Below, piece by piece: positions 6,522-14,016 of a stretch of 64,000 nucleotides of DNA (within the stretch, counting starts at the first letter, position 1; each line of letters starts with the position of its first letter). Origin of the DNA: Faecousia sp. (lineage in GTDB: Bacteria; Bacillota; Clostridia; Oscillospirales; Oscillospiraceae). The notes beneath the pieces were generated by a model that saw only the letters and a list, made by a program, of their open reading frames with translations, made no database searches and had not been told where the DNA came from. The stretch lies in the NCBI GenBank assembly GCA_045594585.1, contig JAZNYV010000186.1:77335-141334 (forward strand), written 5' to 3'. The translations under genes and the position numbers were made by a program.

Positions 6522-9500
6522 TTAGTTAAAGTATGCAAGAGCGGTATCGGAGTAAGCAATCATTGCCTTGCAGACATCCAGCAGGGCACCGGTCTTGCCG
6601 TTGCCGTAGGTGTCAACGCTGTAAGTAGAGGTGGTGGAAACACGGGTGTCACCATTATATACAACAGTATTCATAACAGCACGGAGCTCAGCAGCCAGCA
6701 GGCTGTCAAAGCTAAATGCATAGTAGCCCATAGCTTCGTTATATACCTCTGCATTATTAACAGTAACGGTAACAGTCTCACCCTTGTAGTTAACGTAGGT
6801 GATCTTAGCACTCAGATCCTCAACATTAATGGAGGGATCGGTAACGGTGAATACGAACTTAACCTCAACCTTGGAGTCCAGGTTCAGAACACGGCCCATC
6901 CACTTGATGGAGGGATTCTCGAAGTCGCCCAAATCAGCCTTGTTGTTGTTGAAGGTCACGCCTTCCATATCGCTGAGGTATGCCTTCATAGCATCGGTCA
7001 TATTAGCATTAACCAGTGCATCGGTACGGTAGGCCTTGAAGATCTGAGCATAGGAGCCGTAACGGAGCAGGTCAGCACACAGTGCCTTCAGTTCAGCGGA
7101 GGCAGCTGTCTTGTTGAGCTGAGAATAAGCATAGGTGCCTACGCTGTAGGTGTCGAGGGTGGACATATAGATCTCTTCACCCTTGACCATGTAGAGGCGA
7201 GCCTCGATGATGTCGTTCATCTGAACAGCGGTGATGCCCTTCAGAGTGAAGTAATAGAACATATCGACAGGAGTAGCCTCAACAGTCACCGTGTAAGAAC
7301 CGGTCTTCTCGTTGCCGCTATAGGTAGGAACAACTGCCTCAACATAGAAGCGGTCATAGCCTGCAACAACAGTCTGCAGAACAGCATAGCTGATGGAAAT
7401 ATCGCTGGCCAGGTTCAGAGTATGATTCAGACGAACATCGGGCAGCTCAACGGGTTCGGTGGAGGGTTCCTCAGCACCGCAAACAGAGCAAACACCGTCT
7501 ACGTACTCGCAATCACCGGTAGTAGCTTCGCCACAGTTGCCGCAGGTGGTGGTATGAGTGCCATCGCCATTGGGAGCAGTGGTATTTGCATGGCCCAGAG
7601 CGGGAATGACTTCCTGAGCAACAGTGATCTCACCGCAGTCAGCACACTTGGCACCCTCGGTCAGACCGGTCTCGGTGCAGGTAGCAGCAACAGCTTCCAA
7701 AACGGTGATATTGGTATGAGCACAGGGTTCCTCGCCAGGAACCATAACAACATCGGCAGCATCCCGGATCAGGAGCTGATAGCCGTTGTAAGTGGAAACA
7801 ACAGCGGTAACATTTACGGTAGCACCAACAACGCAATCCTCAGTAAGAGCAGGAGCCTTGTAGATGATGATGGTAGTGCCATTCTGTTCCAGAGTGACGG
7901 AACCGTTAGTAGCGATCTCGGTGATGACAGCCTTCTCAATGAAGACCTTTTCGCCAAGATACTCGTTGGCGGTATCAGCAGCCAGCGTAGCCAGATCAAC
8001 GATCTGAACCTCTACTGCGTGACCGGTAGACAGAACGAAGTATTCCTTGGGGAGGTTCAGCTCGATCAGACCCTTATAGGTGGTCATAGTGGAGCTGACG
8101 AAGATCTCGTCGCCCAGGTTGATGTCGGAGGTATCGAAGTCGTATGCGAAGTATACGCACAGACCGGCATCCTCATCCTGGATGTAGACATTACGTCCGC
8201 TTGCGTAGGTGACGATGCCCTTAATGTTGTATACAACAGTGCTATCGGTGTAGGCCTTAGCCTCTGCGATGGTGTTAAGAGCCAGCTCCTCGGACTCGCC
8301 GCAGTTTGCACAGACAGTCTTAATGGTGCCCTCAACAACAGTAACAGCCTTGTCATGGCCGGTTGCGGGAATGACCTCGCCACCGCTGATGACCTCGCCG
8401 CAGTCCTCGCACTTGACGCCGGCAGCGTTGCCGTCGGTGGTGCAGGTTGCTTCTACAGCGGCGATCTCAGAGGTATTGGTATGCTGACATTCGGGAGCAA
8501 CTTCGCCCTTAGCATCAGCAAAGATGTACAGACCGGTGTAAATGGCACCGCTCTTGTAGCCGCGGATAGCGGAAGATGCAGTGGTAGAGTTCTGAGAAAT
8601 GACGACATTGCCTCCGTCATAAGCAGAGGACAGAGCGAAGCCGCCGTCAGAATCGGCAACTACAGTCCACAGAGTGGTAGCATAGTCCTCGGCAAAGGCA
8701 AGCTTTCTGTTAGCAGAAATGCCGGTGTAGCCAAGATACTTGGTAACGCCGTCAGCCTCGAAGCTGATGGTAAAGCCATCGGTATTGTTGCCCTTGAAAG
8801 TGAATACCTGTGCATCCTCGGGGAGGTCATCACTGGTAATGACGTCTTCTACAGCAACAACTGCAGTGGAGGAAACGCCCCAGTCAGCGTTGGAGCCGGT
8901 AGTCAGCTTGGAGGTAGCGGGATAAACAGTGGGATACTCACCGCCCAGAACAGCAGTGATCACATAGTTGCCCTCTACGATGGTCTCCAGATCGATAAGG
9001 CTGTAGTTTACAGTCTCGCCCTTGGCAGCACCGCAAACGGAGCAGGTGCCATCAACGAAGTCGTGACCGGTAGCAGGGATAGCCCCTTCCTTAGTGGAGC
9101 CGCAGACGGTACAGGTGAAGGTAATAACGCCGTCCTCGGTGCAGGTAGCGGCAGTAGTAACGACACCCTCGTCATTGGTGTGACCGGTGGCAGGGATCTC
9201 TGCTTCCCAGGTAAAACCGCACTCTGCATTGGAGCAGGTGAACTTCTCAACACCGGCCTCGGTGCAGGTAGCGGGGGTGATAACCTCGGAGGTAGCCTCA
9301 GTATGGGTGCAAACATCACCCTCGGTCAGCTTAAACAGAGCAATGCCTGCCTGGTTGGAGGTATATGCACAAAATCTGGGGCTGCTGCTGTTGTACTGCA
9401 GCTTTCTTTCCTTTTCGCCGTCAAGCTTGACGCAAACCAGGGAAGCCTTGCCGTTCTCGTCAACAGAGTAGATCCAAGAAGCAGCTTCTCCCACGGCTTC

Positions 9501-9851
9501 CATAGCCTTGATGGTGTTGCCGGAGCTCCAGCCGATATACATGCCGTCAGCCATCTTCAGAGCAATACTGCCTTCGGTAGCACCTGCCTCGACAGTAAGC
9601 TGAGCAGCTTCGGCAGAGACGAGAACGTCTCCGTTGGGGGTAGCATCAGCACGGGAACCGATATTGTTGGAGGTAATCTCGGTAAATACGCTGGTGCCAT
9701 CGGGATTTGCCATGATAACGATATCACCGGCAGCAACGCTGTCAGCACGGACGTAGGTGCCCTCTGCAGCGGATGCGGTGACGGCGATGCCTGCGAACAC
9801 AGATGCAATCATTGCGATCGCAAGAATCATGCTGAGGATTCTTTTCTTCAT
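6522..9851 (-). CDS. Large secreted/surface protein (1109 aa): signal peptide, beta-rich modules, Cys-rich ATCTExG/CxxCG repeats, OB-fold-like pair, conserved ~310-aa C-terminal module
   Basis: Sec signal MKKRILSMILAIAMIASVFAGIAVTASA; OB-like TIAEAK...IKGIVT...NVYIQDEDAG...GDEI...YKGLIEL; C-terminus homologous to 56277-59891 and 45090-50153. Confidence 0.8.
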   Translation of the reverse strand: MKKRILSMILAIAMIASVFAGIAVTASAAEGTYVRADSVAAGDIVIMANPDGTSVFTEITSNNIGSRADATPNGDVLVSAEAAQLTVEAGATEGSIALKMADGMYIGWSSGNTIKAMEAVGEAASWIYSVDENGKASLVCVKLDGEKERKLQYNSSSPRFCAYTSNQAGIALFKLTEGDVCTHTEATSEVITPATCTEAGVEKFTCSNAECGFTWEAEIPATGHTNDEGVVTTAATCTEDGVITFTCTVCGSTKEGAIPATGHDFVDGTCSVCGAAKGETVNYSLIDLETIVEGNYVITAVLGGEYPTVYPATSKLTTGSNADWGVSSTAVVAVEDVITSDDLPEDAQVFTFKGNNTDGFTISFEADGVTKYLGYTGISANRKLAFAEDYATTLWTVVADSDGGFALSSAYDGGNVVISQNSTTASSAIRGYKSGAIYTGLYIFADAKGEVAPECQHTNTSEIAAVEATCTTDGNAAGVKCEDCGEVISGGEVIPATGHDKAVTVVEGTIKTVCANCGESEELALNTIAEAKAYTDSTVVYNIKGIVTYASGRNVYIQDEDAGLCVYFAYDFDTSDINLGDEIFVSSTMTTYKGLIELNLPKEYFVLSTGHAVEVQIVDLATLAADTANEYLGEKVFIEKAVITEIATNGSVTLEQNGTTIIIYKAPALTEDCVVGATVNVTAVVSTYNGYQLLIRDAADVVMVPGEEPCAHTNITVLEAVAATCTETGLTEGAKCADCGEITVAQEVIPALGHANTTAPNGDGTHTTTCGNCGEATTGDCEYVDGVCSVCGAEEPSTEPVELPDVRLNHTLNLASDISISYAVLQTVVAGYDRFYVEAVVPTYSGNEKTGSYTVTVEATPVDMFYYFTLKGITAVQMNDIIEARLYMVKGEEIYMSTLDTYSVGTYAYSQLNKTAASAELKALCADLLRYGSYAQIFKAYRTDALVNANMTDAMKAYLSDMEGVTFNNNKADLGDFENPSIKWMGRVLNLDSKVEVKFVFTVTDPSINVEDLSAKITYVNYKGETVTVTVNNAEVYNEAMGYYAFSFDSLLAAELRAVMNTVVYNGDTRVSTTSTYSVDTYGNGKTGALLDVCKAMIAYSDTALAYFN

Positions 9852-9974
9852 GAATGGGTCACTTCTCCTTAATAATGATTTATCATGCGGATCACAGTCT
9901 ATGCCGAGAAATAACGATCATGTGCAGAAGCACAAGATATCGTATATAGCGACACTGTACCACATAACATTTGG

Positions 9975-10003
9975 ATTATATCAGTTGCCGAGGAAAAGTG
10001 CAA
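9975..10003 (-). promoter_or_regulatory. sigma-A promoter upstream of the surface protein / RiPP locus
   Basis: TTGCAC-17 nt-TATAAT with TG extension. Confidence 0.7.
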
Positions 10004-10116
10004 CTACTTTTCTTGAAAAATTTACATAATACGGAATTACAGTTGATTATGGACATTGCATCATTGTTTATGGATAAATGAACTCTTGTATGTCAGAACA
10101 TTTTCTTAGCATTTCT

Positions 10117-11049
10117 TCATGTATTGTAACAAAATCGACATCTTTGTTGCCGTTTTGCTGTATTTATCAGATGCTTTAGGCCGTCGAGTCCCTGGGAAAG
10201 GGCTTGTCTCCGTTCCACATCGCTCATATTAGGCAGAGAGCCGATAGGTTCGATGTTCATAACACCACGGAACCGAATGTCCTTCAGTGCAGACAGGACG
10301 GAGGCCCAGGGGATGTTCCCCTCTCCCGGGAACAAGTGCAGATCGGAGAAGCCGCTCTCCGTAAAGCCGTAGTTATCATTCAGATGGACCGTTGCCAGAT
10401 CGGATCGGAAGGCTCTGATCATCGCAGGAATGTCCTGCCCTGCATTATTAGCGTGACCCGTGTCCAGGCACAGCCGGATCCGGTCACTGGCAAGATCGTG
10501 GAGCAGCTCCATCATATCCTCTGCGGTAGTATAGGGATGAGGAGGATCTCCCGGCTTCTGCAAGCGGTGGGAATCAAAGGTGTTCTCCAGATTGATGTAC
10601 ACGTCATACTTCTCTGCGGCAGGGATCAGCTCATGGAACCATCTGACGTTCCAATCGTGGATCCGCCCTCGGACCGACAAGTTGTCCACCCGTTCTCTGA
10701 GCCGTACAGGATGGAATATGATATGCTTGCATCCCAGGATGGACGCAGCCTCAAGGGTGCGGAAATAGAGCTCTCCCGGAGGTACATAGGTAAAGTCTGA
10801 GGGTATATCCTGCAGCCATGCAGCATGGCTCTGGACAAAGTCTAAGCCCAGCTCCTCCCCACGGCGGCGGACGGTCTTGATCCAGCTCTTCCAATCCTCC
10901 CGGAGCAAGGGAGGACAATAGCCGACGCTGTATACGCTGAAGGGGAAATCCAGTCCTTGATATCCCGCCTCTCTTACAAGTGCCATAGCTGTAAACAGGT
11001 CTGTCTTGCTGCAAAAGCTGGCAATAGCACTGCTGAACTGATGCTCCAT
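10117..11049 (-). CDS. Sugar phosphate isomerase/epimerase (xylose isomerase-like TIM barrel)
   Basis: AGYQGLD, QSHA, INLEN, CLDTGHAN, VHLNDN, HLFPGEGNIPW, MNIE metal-binding motifs. Confidence 0.85.
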   Translation of the reverse strand: MEHQFSSAIASFCSKTDLFTAMALVREAGYQGLDFPFSVYSVGYCPPLLREDWKSWIKTVRRRGEELGLDFVQSHAAWLQDIPSDFTYVPPGELYFRTLEAASILGCKHIIFHPVRLRERVDNLSVRGRIHDWNVRWFHELIPAAEKYDVYINLENTFDSHRLQKPGDPPHPYTTAEDMMELLHDLASDRIRLCLDTGHANNAGQDIPAMIRAFRSDLATVHLNDNYGFTESGFSDLHLFPGEGNIPWASVLSALKDIRFRGVMNIEPIGSLPNMSDVERRQALSQGLDGLKHLINTAKRQQRCRFCYNT

Positions 11050-11173
11050 AACGATCTCCTTAGTGGTCTGTAATATTTAAACCCATTGTATTTCAATCAT
11101 TATATCATTTTCGACGGCTCTTGTCAAATTGATATGATAAAATACTTAGGAAAATTCATTCAGCAAAGAAGGT

Positions 11174-11989
11174 GTGTTCATGATGAAATCCCTCGTCTCC
11201 TTGAAGAGTCGTCTCAGACAGCTATCGAAATATCCTATCAGCCTGTATGCAGCCAACGCTACTTTCTATATGATCCTGTCCGTTTTTCCTACGATCATGC
11301 TGATGGCCGCCCTTCTGCCTACCCTCGGCATCAGCTCCGAGGAACTGCTGAAGAGCATGGAGGGTATCATACCCGATCTCCTCTATCCCCTGTTCCGAAG
11401 GGTATTGCAGGATATGGAGGGCACGACCACAGGGGTCCTTCTTTCCACTACTGCGGCAGTAGCTCTATGGTCTGCCTCTAAGGGTGTATATTGCATCGCC
11501 CAAGGCTTAAACGGGATCTACGGACTGCGAGAGAGCAGATCCTATATCCACAACAGAATCACCAGTATGCTGTACACGGTCCTGCTGATCCTGTCCCTTC
11601 TTCTGACCCTTGTGGTCAACGGCTTCGGCAGAGAGCTGGTCAGCTATTTATCCACAAGATCCGTGCCGATACTAAGGATCCTGGCCGCACTGCTGCAAAT
11701 GCGAGGCGTGATCCTTGGGGTCGTCCTTACGGCTGTATTTACGGCAATGTATTGGGTATTCCCCAACAGGAAGCAGAGTCTCCCCTTCATCCTCCCCGGT
11801 GCGGCCTTGGCGGCACTGAGCTGGCTGATATTCACAAGAGGCTATTCCCTGTATGCCAGAGTCTCCGGCTCCTACTCTCTGCTGTACGGTAGTCTGTCCA
11901 TCATTGCTATGGGCATGATATGGCTGTATATCTGTATCTCCATCTTATTCTACGGCTGTGTATTAAATATCTGTTTAGAGAGAAGGTAA
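11174..11989 (+). CDS. YihY/virulence factor BrkB family membrane protein
   Basis: YAANATFYMILSVFP, LWSASKG...GLN.IY, PGA, YGSLS...MIWLY. Confidence 0.88.
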   Translation: MFMMKSLVSLKSRLRQLSKYPISLYAANATFYMILSVFPTIMLMAALLPTLGISSEELLKSMEGIIPDLLYPLFRRVLQDMEGTTTGVLLSTTAAVALWSASKGVYCIAQGLNGIYGLRESRSYIHNRITSMLYTVLLILSLLLTLVVNGFGRELVSYLSTRSVPILRILAALLQMRGVILGVVLTAVFTAMYWVFPNRKQSLPFILPGAALAALSWLIFTRGYSLYARVSGSYSLLYGSLSIIAMGMIWLYICISILFYGCVLNICLERR

Positions 11990-11993
11990 AAGG

Positions 11994-12022
11994 GGCGGAA
12001 CTGCAGACTCTGCAGCTCCGCC
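11994..12022. terminator. Hairpin terminator between convergent yihY and DUF1540 genes
   Basis: GGCGGA-A-CTGCAG-ACT-CTGCAG-C-TCCGCC. Confidence 0.65.
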
Positions 12023-12036
12023 GTGAGAAGATAGAA

Positions 12037-12207
12037 TTACTTTCTGTCGAAGGACATACAATCGGTACACTGCTTGGCAGTGGGATCGGTCTCATGAGTA
12101 CCGACCATGATCTTGTCCAGAGAGCAGTAATTCTCTGCACCGCAATGATACTTGCACTGATTTACGGTACACTGAATGCTGTGGTTTGCACTACACTGAT
12201 GTGTCAT
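12037..12207 (-). CDS. DUF1540-type small Cys-rich protein, 56 aa: MTHQCSANHSIQCTVNQCKYHCGAENYCSLDKIMVGTHETDPTAKQCTDCMSFDRK
   Basis: Hand-translated, absent from ORF track; GAGGAGG SD; I.C.V..C.YH.....C.L..I.VG.H......TDC.SF pattern. Confidence 0.82.
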   Translation of the reverse strand: MTHQCSANHSIQCTVNQCKYHCGAENYCSLDKIMVGTHETDPTAKQCTDCMSFDRK

Positions 12208-12279
12208 AAGATTTCCCCTCCTCTTACGTTACATGGTTCTTACGCCCCCAAGGAAGTCTCGCCCTCGGAGAACTGTAAG

Positions 12280-12310
12280 TAGTATGCCCCCGTAACAAGA
12301 AAATATATGC
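12280..12310 (-). promoter_or_regulatory. Forespore sigma-F/G-type promoter of the DUF1540 gene
   Basis: GCATA-19 nt-CATACTA, preceded by GGGGG. Confidence 0.5.
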
Positions 12311-12318
12311 GGAAAAAA

Positions 12319-12347
12319 TTGACACAAGCTCTCTTTTGCATTATAAT
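12319..12347 (+). promoter_or_regulatory. Consensus sigma-A promoter of rpe
   Basis: TTGACA-17 nt-TATAAT exact. Confidence 0.85.
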
Positions 12348-12420
12348 TACAGATAGCAGCCCTTCCTGTGGGACGGAACTTCCGGCGGCTGCAATCTATA
12401 TTATGCAACGGAGGTCAAAG

Positions 12421-13080
12421 ATGATCAAGCTATCTCCTTCTATCCTTTCTGCGGATTTTGTAAATTTAGAGCGTGATATCCGTGCCCTGACTCCTGCAGG
12501 AGCTGACTACGTCCATGTTGACGTTATGGACGGCTTATTCGTACCCAATATTACCATCGGTATTCCTGTAGTTGCAGCCATCCGCAGGATCACGGATCTG
12601 CCTCTGGACGTTCACCTTATGATCGACAAGCCGATCCGCTATGTAGATGACTTCTGCCGTGCAGGGAGTGATATTCTGACCATCCACGTAGAGGCAGATA
12701 CAGAAGAAAATACCATTAAGGCTCTCAAGCGGATCCGCCAAAACGGTGTCAAGGCCGCTGTTTCCATTAAGCCCAACACCCCCGCCGAGGCAGTGATCCC
12801 CTTCCTCCCCTACTGCGATCTGATCCTGGTCATGACTGTAGAGCCCGGCTTCGGTGGACAGACCTTTATGGAGAGCATGATGCCCAAGGTGAAGCAGATC
12901 CGTCAATGGATCGATGAGAGCTACCCCTACTGCGAATTAGAGGTTGACGGAGGTGTCAATCTCACTACAGGCAAGATCTGCTGTGATAACGGTGCCAATG
13001 TTCTCGTAGCCGGAAGTGCCTTCTTCAAAGCTGATGATCCCCGGGACTTCTCCATCAAGATCAAAGCACAAAATAGTTGA
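12421..13080 (+). CDS. rpe: Ribulose-phosphate 3-epimerase
   Basis: SPSILSADF, HVDVMDGLFVPN, DVHLMI, VMTVEPGFGGQ, EVDGGV; start at ATG 12421 after GGAGG. Confidence 0.96.
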   Translation: MIKLSPSILSADFVNLERDIRALTPAGADYVHVDVMDGLFVPNITIGIPVVAAIRRITDLPLDVHLMIDKPIRYVDDFCRAGSDILTIHVEADTEENTIKALKRIRQNGVKAAVSIKPNTPAEAVIPFLPYCDLILVMTVEPGFGGQTFMESMMPKVKQIRQWIDESYPYCELEVDGGVNLTTGKICCDNGANVLVAGSAFFKADDPRDFSIKIKAQNS

Positions 13081-13158
13081 CGCTGTTGCTTTTGCAACAT
13101 AATATTGGATGCACAAGGGATATAATAATGACACATACAACGAAAAGGAGTGTCGCTT

Positions 13159-13956
13159 ATGAAGTTTAAAAACAAAACCGTGATCATCACCGGCGGTGGA
13201 CGAGCTGTGCTGAAAGACGGAAGCTGTGGCTCCATCGGCTACGGTATTGCAACCGCCTTCGCAAAAGAAGGTGCCGATCTTGTTCTTACAGGTCGAAACC
13301 TGCAGAAGCTCCTGGATGCCAAGGAGGAGCTGGAACGGCTCTACCATGTCAGAGTCCTCCCCCTTCAAGCAGATGTCCATCCCGGTGGAGACAACGAGGC
13401 CGTTGTGCAGAACGTAGTCCGACAAGCAATAGAGACCTTCGGTCGTATTGACGTTCTCATTAACAACGCCCAGGCCTCTGCTTCCGGTGTGACCCTTGCG
13501 GAGCATACTACGGAGCAGTTCGACCTGGCAGTATATTCCGGTCTGTACGCTACCTTCTATTACATGAAGGCTTGCTATCCCTATTTGGCAGAGACACAGG
13601 GCAGTGTGATCAATTTTGCCTCCGGTGCAGGTCTCTTCGGTAACTTTGGTCAGAGCTCCTACGCCGCTGCCAAGGAGGGCATCCGCGGTCTGTCCCGTGC
13701 CGCCGCTACAGAGTGGGGCAAGGACGGGATCAACGTAAACGTGATCTGCCCCATTGCCTGGACCGCCCAGTTAGAGCGTTGGTCCGAGGCAAATCCCGAG
13801 GCATTCCGTGCCAATGTCAAAATGCCTCCCATGGGGCATTACGGCGATGCTGAGAAGGACATCGGCAGAGCCTGTGTCGCATTGGCCTCTCCCGATCTCA
13901 AATACATGAGCGGTGAGACCGTCACCCTGGAGGGTGGAATGGGGCTCCGTCCCTGA
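13159..13956 (+). CDS. SDR oxidoreductase, probable bile-acid 12-alpha-hydroxysteroid dehydrogenase
   Basis: TGGG..GSIGYGIA, NNAQASASG, YSGLYATFYYM, YAAAKEGIRGL, MSGET.TLEGGMG.RP; resembles clostridial 12-alpha-HSDHs as recalled, not aligned. Confidence 0.75.
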   Translation: MKFKNKTVIITGGGRAVLKDGSCGSIGYGIATAFAKEGADLVLTGRNLQKLLDAKEELERLYHVRVLPLQADVHPGGDNEAVVQNVVRQAIETFGRIDVLINNAQASASGVTLAEHTTEQFDLAVYSGLYATFYYMKACYPYLAETQGSVINFASGAGLFGNFGQSSYAAAKEGIRGLSRAAATEWGKDGINVNVICPIAWTAQLERWSEANPEAFRANVKMPPMGHYGDAEKDIGRACVALASPDLKYMSGETVTLEGGMGLRP

Positions 13957-13968
13957 TCTATAACAACC

Positions 13969-14002
13969 GGACTGCTGCAAGGTCACATCCTTGTAGCAGT
14001 CC
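13969..14002. terminator. Bidirectional terminator SDR / addA
   Basis: GGACTGCTGCAAGG-TCACAT-CCTTGTAGCAGTCC followed by ATTTTT. Confidence 0.8.
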
Positions 14003-14016
14003 ATTTTTATGCAAAA

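Noticed and set aside
7422-9872. 816-aa plus-strand ORF opposite the surface protein
   Set aside because: Shadow ORF from the codon bias of the real minus-strand gene; no SD, Gly/Ser/Asn-rich translation, no motifs
11648-11656. DnaA box TTATCCACA (also 50519-50527)
   Set aside because: Isolated single copies inside coding sequence; no oriC context
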